From Epithemia pelagica (Eukaryota > Protista > Bacillariophyta): a DNA stretch of 64,000 bases. The stretch spans positions 868,001-932,000 of the forward strand of contig OX337230.1 in assembly GCA_946965045.2 (NCBI GenBank), read 5' to 3'. A program made the translations under genes and the position numbers. This document shows positions 13,501 through 23,415 of the stretch, one piece after another. The notes beneath the pieces were generated by a model that was not told where the DNA came from, made no database searches, and saw only the letters and a list, made by a program, of their open reading frames with translations. The first letter of the stretch is position 1, and every line of letters starts with the position of its first letter.

Positions 13501-13770
13501 GTTCCGAACATGTTTTGTACGGATTTGCTCACTGGTTCGTTTGAAGGTAAGGGTGGCGTGTTCTTTCAATCCATCGAAACTGCGATTCGCATGGAATCTG
13601 CAATGTGGTTGGAAGGACAGTTTCGTGTGGACTCGAAGCATTGGTTCCAGATGTCGATTGACGATATGGTTGGCTTGTTGCAACGAGACGCGGGTAAAAA
13701 GCCCTCCGGCAAATCGAAAAAAGGAAGAGGAAATCGTCAAATGAAAGGGGCTCCCAAGAAAGGGAATTGA
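7514..13770 (+). CDS. Fusion protein: N-terminal FEN1/XPG/Asteroid-like PIN nuclease plus DEAH (DEIH)-box helicase with HA2 region and long C-terminal extension; ~1960 aa, 6 exons (7514-7682, 7776-8036, 8117-9525, 9591-9739, 9813-9869, 9933-13770)
   Basis: Start MGVQG. Splicing rebuilds LHVDGNG and VVYWDG; EEAD, EDSDF and LMGNDY follow. Helicase motifs: GETGCGKS (same ORF as the nuclease), QPRRIAA, IIDEIHDR, MSAT, LVFVPG, TNSAESSVTLP, QRAGRTGR. Exon lengths sum to 5883 nt = 1961 codons. Confidence 0.88.
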
Positions 13771-14303
13771 GGAGGAGACAAGATGATCAGAAAGAAAACG
13801 GTTATGGTATAGGACCTCCAACGTGACGATGTTAAATTAGAAATCACGTCGACACCTTTCCGTTGTTATCTCCTTCTATTTTCATTGGCGTTTCGACAGA
13901 CAGTCTCATTCAACCTTACAGAAGGATGGCACAAAGTGTCAATCGAAACGTATGACCATGATAAATACATCCGCTACATAGTGTTAGAGTCTCATCCAGC
14001 TCATCGAATGGATAAGCATCTTCTCCAAAGTTTGGGTAAGCATCGTTCTTGGTGAATGGTCGAGTTGTCAGTCTCTTGGAAGTGACTTGGTTGAAAGACA
14101 CCACAACCACAACGCCTGAGAACACAAACATGCACCGAGCCATTTGTTAACACGCTGGGGATCAAGGCGTGGAGCAGTAATCTTTGCAGTGATATTCCAT
14201 TCTGAGACATGTGTCGTGGTCGTTGCGACCATTTACAACATAATGCTCTTGGTCCACCTCAAGCCAAACTGTTACACAGGTTGGCGATCCACTTCCACAT
14301 CGT

Positions 14304-16079
14304 TTACTCGGACGACTGGTCCGTGGTACTGACAAGCAATGGTGTCGTCCCGGTGCCTGTGGCTCCGTCTGGTTTGTGGTCGATTCCTCCTCCTTCCTTG
14401 TCTACAAAGACATGAAAGAGGGGTGGTTGAGGAATTTCATGATCCGATGCCAAATCGACAATCCAACATCCTTGCAAGGTAAGTAATCCCGTAGCCAAGG
14501 GCAAACAATGGACCTTGACGACAGTCGATCCGCCTTGACCGGCCAGGGTACCCAAACTCACAAAACTGGGACCACAAATGGTCAATTCCGTCATTTCCGA
14601 CAGGCGGAATTGCAACTGCAAGGTCAAGGCTTGTGCGGCATGATTGACGACATAAAATTGAACCTCTGTTGGTTCATGACATGTCATGCGACGAGGGGGG
14701 TGAATGGGATCAACAGTCACCGGGAGAGGCGAAGCCAATAAGGAATGAGCCGCCGACAAGGACGAGGCCGAAGATCGATGAGGCGTTCCTCCTCGACCAC
14801 TTCGTTGGACGGCTGCCAAGGCAGCGACATCCACAGACAAACCGGATCGATGCACAACAAAATTTTGCGGTAGTGGTTTGGACTCTTTGCGCAAACGCGA
14901 GGATGGTGGCAATATGGATCCACCCGTCGGCCACGGAACAGCAATGGCTGGACATGAAATGGTCGGCGAGGCAATCCGTCCTTGTTCACCCATGCTTTTG
15001 CGCCAGGTAAAGACAGCCGTCCCCAATTTATCCCCTGCTGCCAAACCCTTGTCCGAATTGGTTTGTACCAAAAACAAATAACGCACCACCGATCCAGGCG
15101 TCATCCAGCCCGATGCATCCAACAATTGCGTCGCAGACAAGTCTTGTTGTTGTTGTTGCACGGCGGAGGCATTCTCCGCGGTCGTCGTCTTCGTTGTTGC
15201 GGAAGAAGATGAGGATACCAGAAAGGGTGCCGTCGGACCAATTTGTTTGGCGACGAGGCCTTCTGTGGGGACAAAGGTAGCATCGGTCACCACCATGGGC
15301 GACCACGAAGTTCCTGCCGCCGTGGCACCTGCAGCATTGCTGTTCGCATTTGTGTTGTTGCCGGAGGAGGGTACTTGATATTCGACGGTAATCGAAAGCC
15401 AACAGGCTTGATCTCCAGCCCGCAAAGCAACCGTCCGAAGGGACAAGGGATTGACAACTTGAAAGCGATAAAATTTACGAAAGGTTTTGATTCCTCCTTC
15501 CACCGACGCATAACTGACTTCAATCCGTAAAATGTGTTGTCCAGCTTCTTCAATGGCATGTGACACAATCGTGTCCACCACAGCTCCCACTGGTACATCG
15601 ACACCACCACTCCCACCACTGGCTGCGGCTTCCAATGGCGAAGGCAATTGAAATCGTTGACTGGGTGTTTGCAAATGCGCCGATACGGACAATCGACGAA
15701 TTGTCACACTACGACTCACATTCAAGACGCCCAAATAGGCCGTAAAGGTTTCTCCTACCAATACTTGGAGGGAATCGGGCAAACACATGGCATTGTGCAA
15801 CAAGGGTTGACCGTTCAAGGGGCCACCACTGCTGGGCATGTGCAATTCCGGACTTTGCAATCGCATCACACGCAAGGTGGGAACGGACGACGAAGATTCG
15901 GTACTCGCAGTTGCTCCTGCCGCTGTCGAAGTCCCCATGGGAGATGGGGGTGGCACCGATGCAGCCAACGAGGCATCCATGGTCGAAAGGGTGGATGACG
16001 ATGAGGCAGGAGACTGGGGCATACTTTTATTCATGGCACGGTTCATAGCAGACGATGGTGCTGGTCGTTGCGACGACAT
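14304..16079 (-). CDS. TRAPPC13: Trafficking protein particle complex subunit 13 (DUF974)
   Basis: LRVMRLQSP, LPDSL..VGETF..YLGVLN, LQTPSQR, GQHILRIEVSY and FRKFYRFQVVNPL match TRAPPC13-type motifs. Single 591-aa ORF from ATG 16079. Confidence 0.88.
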   Translation of the reverse strand: MSSQRPAPSSAMNRAMNKSMPQSPASSSSTLSTMDASLAASVPPPSPMGTSTAAGATASTESSSSVPTLRVMRLQSPELHMPSSGGPLNGQPLLHNAMCLPDSLQVLVGETFTAYLGVLNVSRSVTIRRLSVSAHLQTPSQRFQLPSPLEAAASGGSGGVDVPVGAVVDTIVSHAIEEAGQHILRIEVSYASVEGGIKTFRKFYRFQVVNPLSLRTVALRAGDQACWLSITVEYQVPSSGNNTNANSNAAGATAAGTSWSPMVVTDATFVPTEGLVAKQIGPTAPFLVSSSSSATTKTTTAENASAVQQQQQDLSATQLLDASGWMTPGSVVRYLFLVQTNSDKGLAAGDKLGTAVFTWRKSMGEQGRIASPTISCPAIAVPWPTGGSILPPSSRLRKESKPLPQNFVVHRSGLSVDVAALAAVQRSGRGGTPHRSSASSLSAAHSLLASPLPVTVDPIHPPRRMTCHEPTEVQFYVVNHAAQALTLQLQFRLSEMTELTICGPSFVSLGTLAGQGGSTVVKVHCLPLATGLLTLQGCWIVDLASDHEIPQPPLFHVFVDKEGGGIDHKPDGATGTGTTPLLVSTTDQSSE

Positions 16080-16399
16080 TGTACAGACTTGTGTTTTCTC
16101 GGATCACTGTGGACCGTTGCGCTTGTTCTTGTTCCTGTTCCTGTCCAGCAATGTCTACCAGAAAGGATTGGCTGTTGCCTGTCTGTGGCATTGTTCAAAG
16201 AGTTTTCAGAAAAGTTCCTATCAACCGATAAAGGAGATTTTTTGTGTCCGATTGCCTTTCTGGGACAGTCTCATCGTTATATAAGATGTCCTACGAAGCA
16301 CAAATTTTCCCAACACTTTCTCCGATTCGAAAACTCCTTAATGTGTTGGAAGGATAGCAACCTTTTAGCTACTCCTATCGGATTTCTCCCTAGAGACTA

Positions 16400-18332
16400 C
16401 TCCCTCTGGACCGTATTTGTGGAACGCGCGACCAACGAGTAAAATTAGTCGCCTTAATACATCACGTAGACCCTGGTACAAACCTACGGGGAACTGGCCG
16501 GCTCATTCGGAGTCGAATTTTAGAGATGAACATACCACGAGACACGTGCCTAAAACTCATCCTAGTCTTCAACACCAACTCCCCATCGGTATGAACGCTC
16601 ATTTGTCTCCCTCCACCAGCCACACAAAACAAACAACACGAACAAACAAACCCTTCCTAATATCAAATGCTGTCCTATGGTGACAATCAATGGCCGTAGC
16701 CCCTGGCCGCCTCCTGTCTCACTTGGAGGTCGGCCAGGTATTCAATAGATATACTAGTGTCATTAGGAGTCTATATGCAAATTGTTGTTTGAAGGATGTG
16801 AGTAGGCATCGGTCACCTCCAGAACAAGGGGGAGCTCTCCTCTCCTTTCAAGTGCTTCCTTGCTCATATGGGGAATTGCATAATCATTGCCACCCTCCTG
16901 CTCAATAATGCAATTGAAACAAGATTGTAATGTCAGCCAGGTATGATTCAGTTTTTCTCTTGGGTATTCCTCGTAGGCTTTTTGAACTCCTTCAATCAAC
17001 AGCTTCTCATCCGATCCAACAATCAAACTATAGCTTTGGATTGCTCGAAAGAAACCCAAGTCGCATATATTAGTGTCTGGGCTGTTGGCTGCCTGTGTGT
17101 AGAACTCTGCATTGATTCCTTTCTCTTTCATTGCCTTGAGAAACTCAACAAAATGTGGATCATTCTCCTCAATGTGGCTTTTTGCACCGTCTTGTTGAAG
17201 TCTGATTTTCCTTCTGTTCCTGTCCCCTTCAGGCCACTTACATAGAATAGCTTCCATCAATTCTTCCATCAGTAGGTCCCTGTACACCTTTCTTGTGATT
17301 GTCTGGTTTTTCCACACGCGGGTGCCCTTTGGCCTGTTCACGGAAGAGCGTTGCGCCGGAACCCACTTTCCAACAGGCCAAATGCCAAGCTTTCCATCCC
17401 ACCAAGCATTCATAGAAGGCACAAAACGAGGTCGGGCGACAGCACATAGGAACATTACCTTGGTGATGTGTGATTTGTGTTTACATGACCGGTATGGCTT
17501 TGGTTCATCATCCGTTAGCAAGAAACGCTGTCCATCGCGCGACACATGAAACCATTTTTCGTCCAAATGAATCAAATCCATCATATCCTGGTACTCACCG
17601 GGCTTAGTCTTACTGATAAAAGAAGTTGCCATGAGGTATCTGGACAGCTTGTTTGTTTCTGTGAGGTATGGACGCAATGAGTTGGTGTGAGACTTCAGAA
17701 TGCCTCTTTCTTTCCATCGTTGCACAGTTCCCTTGCCAACATCCAACTCGGCGGAGAGTTTTCTCTGTGTTGTTCGACGAAGTAGAGGGATTGATTTAAC
17801 GGCCTCCCTAACGATCGGAGACAAATAGATACGCTTTCGTCCGCGCCTGCAAGCCTTGGATCGCATTTCTGGTGAGTTAATTACGCCCGACACACGAGTC
17901 AGCTTGGCACGCGCCCAAAGTTTACTTATAGCGGATCTGTGAACACCAAATTTTTTGGCGACATCTGAAATGGCACCATGAGGAAGCTTGCCATTTTTAG
18001 CCACGGCCAGGAGAAGCACCATGGCACGTCCACGGTCTTGGGGACGCATTTCCCTTCTCTTTGGACCCCCCTGGGCCTCCCCTAGAAGGGCTGGGTCTTG
18101 AAAGGAGTCAGGGGGCATGAACCGGTACGGCAAAGTTCGACAAGTTTTTTTGGTGTGCTTTAGTTCCCTCGTATGGCTCCAGAAATGAGAGATCGAACAT
18201 ACAAATTATACATGGAAATGTAGGTCTTGGAAAGACTGACCGATCTATACAATTTTTAGTATAAACGGACATAAGCCCGTAAAATTACAGTATTTTTTTT
18301 CAATTCGCGACACAATTTCGGTCCAGAGGGAG
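16400..18332 (-). mobile_element. Full-length Tc1/mariner DNA transposon (plant/stramenopile mariner-like, DD39D-related), 1933 bp
   Basis: Left TIR ctccctctggaccgtatttgtg (16400); reverse complement of the right end ctccctctggaccgaaattgtg (ends 18332). The first 14 bp are perfect and 20/22 match. TA on both sides (16398-99, 18333-34). The CTCCCTC terminus is typical of Stowaway/DD39D elements. Confidence 0.95.
16763..18118 (-). CDS. Mariner-like transposase, 451 aa, uninterrupted, DD42D spacing
   Basis: N-terminal HTH-like region; IHLDEKWF, KVMFLCAVARPR, WDGKLGIWP, LQQDGAKSH..NSPDTNICDLGFF. First in-frame ATG is at 18118 (the ORF track starts at an upstream TTG). Confidence 0.95.
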   Translation of the reverse strand: MPPDSFQDPALLGEAQGGPKRREMRPQDRGRAMVLLLAVAKNGKLPHGAISDVAKKFGVHRSAISKLWARAKLTRVSGVINSPEMRSKACRRGRKRIYLSPIVREAVKSIPLLRRTTQRKLSAELDVGKGTVQRWKERGILKSHTNSLRPYLTETNKLSRYLMATSFISKTKPGEYQDMMDLIHLDEKWFHVSRDGQRFLLTDDEPKPYRSCKHKSHITKVMFLCAVARPRFVPSMNAWWDGKLGIWPVGKWVPAQRSSVNRPKGTRVWKNQTITRKVYRDLLMEELMEAILCKWPEGDRNRRKIRLQQDGAKSHIEENDPHFVEFLKAMKEKGINAEFYTQAANSPDTNICDLGFFRAIQSYSLIVGSDEKLLIEGVQKAYEEYPREKLNHTWLTLQSCFNCIIEQEGGNDYAIPHMSKEALERRGELPLVLEVTDAYSHPSNNNLHIDS

Positions 18333-18829
18333 TACTAGGAGTACCTAGAGAGAGATGTTTATTTTTTATCCTTTCTCGAGAAAGATTCTGAGCTTATCAA
18401 AGAGGAATGGTATGAGGAATATTGACGTTGCGACTCTGGACGTGCCCTCTAAGAAGAGCTCGAGTAATGAATGGACCATATTACTCTCCATCCTTGTTGT
18501 CCTTGATTCAACGACTCTTCCAGGGGAATCCCACGAGTTTGGACCAAGGCGCTGAGAACGATCCTACGTCGTTGCATTTGGCCTATCGAATCGAACCGGT
18601 TCAACAAGAACAATGTGAGAAATAAGAGAAGAAGCCAATCAAGCCCGAAGGAAACACTTTATCCCATTTACTTGTCGTCAAAGAAGGCACAGGAATATTC
18701 TCCAACAGGTCGACCCTTACGGAACCGAAAAAAAGACAATGGAACCTTCTCTTTTTTCCAAGAGGGTTCTGGGAGCTTCAAGTCCAGCTAAGAAGTTCCT
18801 TGGACACGGATCACATCATCAACTCTTCT

Positions 18830-19511
18830 CTACACAACGGGTGGCATTTCCGTTTCTTGCTGCGACTGCAGGCCGCCACGAGGGGTATCTTCTTCCCATC
18901 GATGGAGCTGGAAACGAGCCAGCACTAGACCCGCAATCGTAGACCATACACACGCCCCAACTACAGCCGGCATGGAATCACCTTTGGCATGTTGGTCGTC
19001 GTCGTCGTAGTCGTCGTCGTTGAGGGTGAAGGTCAACAATAACCAAGGTATAAGCACGAAACCAGCAGCCCCCACTAGAAATTGCAAAATCGCATAAGTC
19101 CAGAAGTCTTCCAGTTCTTCTTTCACCAGACAAAGCGTGCAAAAATAAACGACTTTTTTCTGTTTTCTGTAGACTAACGCCTCCTCTTCGTTTTCCTCAT
19201 CGACTACCTGGTATTCGTACTCAAAGTAGTGAGTTTGTCGAGTTTCAACAAAGCAGCAGAACAGAAATTTTCTGCTTCTACGAAGGAAATGCCAGACCAA
19301 GCCACGCCAGAATGAGTCACTGTCAATGTGGATCTCATGCTTGGTGACAAAGCCAGTGCAGTCAAGACTACCCTCCCGAGAATATTGTTGTAAAATGTCA
19401 TATTGCCGCCTTGCGCCGAGAGCCTTTTTGAAAACAATGTAAGCACACGCCACCTGAATGAAGTAAGCGACCAAGTGACCAAAAAAACGCCAACAGGAGG
19501 GCAAGGAGCAT
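18830..19511 (-). pseudogene. Hypothetical membrane protein (~226 aa) with an apparent +1 frameshift in a T7 run (pseudogene or sequencing error)
   Basis: ORF 18830..19504 has no upstream in-frame ATG and is closed by TGA at 19511-13. ATG 19511 reads MLLALLLAFF and joins GHLVAYFIQ... if the A7 run at 19481-19487 were A6. Several hydrophobic segments follow. Confidence 0.5.
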
Positions 19512-20909
19512 CACTCCTCGAAAGTAAAGTAGCGCAAGTGGCCAGCAAAATGGGAGGGCCAACGTAACCAAGGATCGTTTGCAAGCGTCGACCTACTTCA
19601 CCGCAAGTTGGTGACGCAAAAGACGAAGACATGAATGAGAGTTCTCTAAGGGCAACGAAGATAAAAATGTGAAGATGATTCAGAGAAACTCGTAAAGCTG
19701 ATTCACTGTCGTCGGAGAGCGTGTACGGGAAGCAGCCGCCTCTGTTCGTAGATCACGGTATGAGAATGACGGTGACAACGTCGACAGGCACAGACTCGAC
19801 GATACATGAAGGATAAGGTGCAGACGAGCCAAAACATCATTATTTGGATATATTTGGTATCCTCTTCAAGCGCGACTGGGGATCACGAGTAAATCTGTAT
19901 CCACGACTCGCTTCAGTTGGATACCACCGGGACGTTTACTCGATCTATGCCCTGGGATCATAGCTTCGCCTGCAACGCCACCTGTACGGCGCGGTACACT
20001 TACCGACCACTCAACAATTCAAGAACGTCTCAATCCCACCAACCACCGAGTGCCGAGCCTGTCCACGACCGAGCCAGCTACGCCAATACCGTAATTCTCC
20101 GTTAAGGCCTGCGGAGGCATAAATGACGTATGTAAGTGGACATGCGCCTGGCATCAAATACTTACCACTCCCATGGCTTATTTGTTTCTGAAGTCATTTA
20201 ATACCTAGTAGACTCGCATAGACGGGATAAATAGAATTGGCGAAGACATTGGCGTGTTTGCGATCGAGAGTTGAGACGGACCTTTAATTGAGTTATGTCG
20301 TAGGCGCACGCCAAAGCCGTTCGAGCACACCTGCTCGCCTCTACTATGGACCATCGTCGAGACGGGCCGGCCAGTAGAGCGTTCGGTTGCTGTTTCGGCT
20401 GTCTCTGCTTTCCTGATGTGAATTTGTTTCCACAAACCACCCAACGACACACAATCATCGCCGTCCTTGGCATATATCCGTTGCGTGTGAACTCGTAGGT
20501 GTCCGTCCCTTTTCCCATTTCTGGAGGTATCGGGACATTTCGTTGTCGTTACAATAGTTTGGAAGGATCGTTGTGGTAAGGACACATGGTTCCTTTCAGC
20601 AAAAGAGGGGAGGGTGGTGTTTGTGGAGAGACGTTGTGTTGTTGGCGATCGCGACGACAGGCCGACTCGAGTTTCCGTGAACCTACCGTGGTCGGCACAA
20701 CTCGATGCTTGCATGGATTTCCACCAATTCACATTCAACGATATGATATGTAGTTTGAGGATTGAATACAATTCACAGCCCGCAACCACCAATACCCTCC
20801 CTCTCTTGATGATTGATCATTTTTGAACCCACCAAATCATTGCAACTCACGCTTCGCTTGTCATTGACCTATTTTGATAACACGTCAGACATTCAGGTCT
20901 TTAGATATC

Positions 20910-22811
20910 ATGGATCCTTTGCAACAGGTTGAATCTGCCCCACGGGCACCAGCGAAAAAGATGTCGTCTCTCCGAAAATGGGGACCGGCCATGATTGCCG
21001 TTCTCTTGGTCATTGCTTTCAATGCCGCCATGTTCCGCAATGGTACTCCTGCTTTGAGTGACCGCTCTATGCGCAAACTCCAATTGGCACAAGAACGAAT
21101 TGCTGCTGTCGAAGCTATGGAGGACAGTGGATACGATATCAGTGGAGGCTTTGGAAAGCGAAACCTTTCCGAAGAAGAGGGTGGTGTCATGGAATACACC
21201 AGACGTCGTCACCGTTATTTGGGAGATTACACACATCAAGACAAGTCTAAATTGTTCACTCTTTTTGGAAAAATCTCCACTTCCCTCATCTACTTTGCTT
21301 TCTGGGTTTTCCTCATGTTCCCTAACTGGTTCTGGCCCATTGGACGTCCAGGAATTGCTTTGGGAGGTGGTTTGACGATGGTTGTCTGGCGTTTTATTTT
21401 GCGCGAGTTTGACCAAGGTCCCTACTTTAACGCGGAACGTGTCATTATTATGGAACCTCTTTTCTTGTTGTTCGGTCTCATGCTTACAACCATCTACATT
21501 GAAAAAATGGAGACTGGTGGTTTGTTTGACAAGCTCCGAGAATCCTTGGATGACCCCGTGAACTGGAAGCGTTCTGCCAAGATTATGGCCATGTCCACAG
21601 TTGGATCTGCTGCCGTCATGAACGATTCTGTGGTGCTTATTTTTTCGGGTGTTGTCGTCGATCTCTGTGTGCGACACAAGGTGGCCAACTCCCTTCCCTA
21701 CCTCTTGTCTCTTGCCACCACGGCCAACATTGGTTCGGCTTTGACCATGACCGGTAACCCCCAAAACATTTTGATTGTGTCCTTGGCCTATGATGACATT
21801 GGCTGGATGGAGTTCGCCGTGAACATGATCTTGCCCACTTTGGCCGCTTCTTTGTTGAACGGCTTCATGATGTTCCTCTACTATGGTGCTGAATTGTTCC
21901 CTGGATCCTCTGGCTTATTCGAAAACATGGGAATCATGTTTGCCGGAAACCGCACTCCTGAAATGTTGGCTCAAGAGCACGCCTTCTATGCCCGACAAGC
22001 GGCCGCCAAAGAAGGACAAGAAGACCAGGTCCATGGCTGGTCGATCTGGTCCAAGATTCAAGCTCTTATTGTGCTTTTGTTCCTTTTCTTTTTCGCCCTT
22101 GGTTACGATGTCTGCGTCGTCTCTATCTGCGCTGGTGTCGTTCTCATGGTTATTGCTTCCTACAAGCGTCAGCACTTTGACCCCAAACCCATCAATGTCC
22201 AATACGACGAAGATGGCAACCCTCTTCCACCGAAGAAGACCTATGACATGGAGGGTAACGAGATTGAACCTGAAGATGAAGAACTTGTCACGGAATCCGA
22301 GACCACTCTTACCGAGGTTGATTACGGTCTTTTGATGCTTTTCATTGGACAGTTCCTCTTGATTGGATCCTTTGATGATACTGGTGTACCTCAAGCGTTC
22401 TTCAACTTGACCATGGGTGGATGCGCCGACCAAATGGCTGAGGGTGCCTGCGTCTACTGGTTTGTCATGATTGTCACCGTCTTGTCAAATCTTGCCTCCA
22501 ATGTGCCTGTGTGCCAGATGCTTGCCGCTACATTCCCCTTTGCCACTCCCTACGAATGGTTGCAAGTGTCCTTTTCGGCCACTATTGCTGGTAACTTGAC
22601 CATGCTTGGTTCGGCTGCCAACATGATTGTCGCCTTCCAAGCCGCCAAGGTCGGAGACCGTACATTCACATCGGAACGTCATGCCCCCTTTGGAATTCCC
22701 TCCACCTTGGGATGCCTATATCTTGGAACCTTTTTGTTGGCCACTTGGCACATTTCCCCCGAATGTTCTGTCAAGCTTGGTGACTGCGACGAACAAAATG
22801 CGGAGATGTAG
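20910..22811 (+). CDS. Lsi2-like (ArsB/NhaD/CitMHS superfamily) transporter, candidate silicon efflux transporter
   Basis: PIGRPGIALGG, LLFGLML, MNDSVVL, LPYLLSLATTANIGSALTMTGNPQNILI, SNLASNVP and AGNLTMLGSAANMIV are motifs of plant Lsi2 and ArsB-type permeases; more than 10 hydrophobic segments. Confidence 0.85.
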   Translation: MDPLQQVESAPRAPAKKMSSLRKWGPAMIAVLLVIAFNAAMFRNGTPALSDRSMRKLQLAQERIAAVEAMEDSGYDISGGFGKRNLSEEEGGVMEYTRRRHRYLGDYTHQDKSKLFTLFGKISTSLIYFAFWVFLMFPNWFWPIGRPGIALGGGLTMVVWRFILREFDQGPYFNAERVIIMEPLFLLFGLMLTTIYIEKMETGGLFDKLRESLDDPVNWKRSAKIMAMSTVGSAAVMNDSVVLIFSGVVVDLCVRHKVANSLPYLLSLATTANIGSALTMTGNPQNILIVSLAYDDIGWMEFAVNMILPTLAASLLNGFMMFLYYGAELFPGSSGLFENMGIMFAGNRTPEMLAQEHAFYARQAAAKEGQEDQVHGWSIWSKIQALIVLLFLFFFALGYDVCVVSICAGVVLMVIASYKRQHFDPKPINVQYDEDGNPLPPKKTYDMEGNEIEPEDEELVTESETTLTEVDYGLLMLFIGQFLLIGSFDDTGVPQAFFNLTMGGCADQMAEGACVYWFVMIVTVLSNLASNVPVCQMLAATFPFATPYEWLQVSFSATIAGNLTMLGSAANMIVAFQAAKVGDRTFTSERHAPFGIPSTLGCLYLGTFLLATWHISPECSVKLGDCDEQNAEM

Positions 22812-23314
22812 AAACGCGAACTATACAGCACTCATATTACTTCACGCCTTGGACTACCTTTATATTCTGCATGTCTCTCCTACTATTAAAACATTAATCA
22901 TGATTGGACTCTTTTGGTCTCATACGTTTCTTGTTGTCATTCGACTGCAGAGCTTTCGGAGCGTAGACAGGGATGGCATTACAATTACACGTCAAATATC
23001 GGCATCAAATCGCAAGCTACATGTAGCTACCATCCGAAGTTCGCTGAACCATGTCTGTTCATTTTTGTGGATTGCCCTTGCTTCAGTTTGCTTCTAATCT
23101 ACTGCAACAATCTTGATACAATTGCCTCTGGTGGGTAGTAAGAGGAAGGCAAGTGTATTCAATAGCACTGCACTTGGCAAGTAGCGGTTCTTGTGATGGA
23201 CATCAATAAGACTACATCGAAAGAACTTGAGTGACAAGCTACTGTCCGCCCATATGGATTGGGGCACTTTCTGCTTCGAAAATGGTGTTATCAATCATGG
23301 TAAGGTATCCATAC

Positions 23315-23415
23315 GTGACTGAGCACCATTGGTTGCATTGCATTTTTTCGGAACCAAGAAGGATAGTGACTGAGCACCATTGGTTGCATTACATTATTTC
23401 GGAACCAAGAAGGAT
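23315..23415. repeat. Two-copy 51-bp tandem repeat, intergenic
   Basis: gtgactgagcaccattggttgcatt(g/a)catt(t/a)tttcggaaccaagaaggat at 23315 and 23366. Confidence 0.9.

Noticed and set aside
16620-16908. CAAAC-rich leader and short plus-strand ORFs at the mariner 3' end (possible antisense promoter)
   Set aside because: ORFs are short, overlap the transposase antisense and have no motif; no transcription evidence available.
20158-20170. ATACTTACC resembling the U1 snRNA 5' end
   Set aside because: The match stops after 9 nt (no following TGG), and no U1 stem-loops or Sm site are evident.
23315-23415. CRISPR-like repeat
   Set aside because: Only two contiguous units with no spacer, eukaryotic context and no cas genes.
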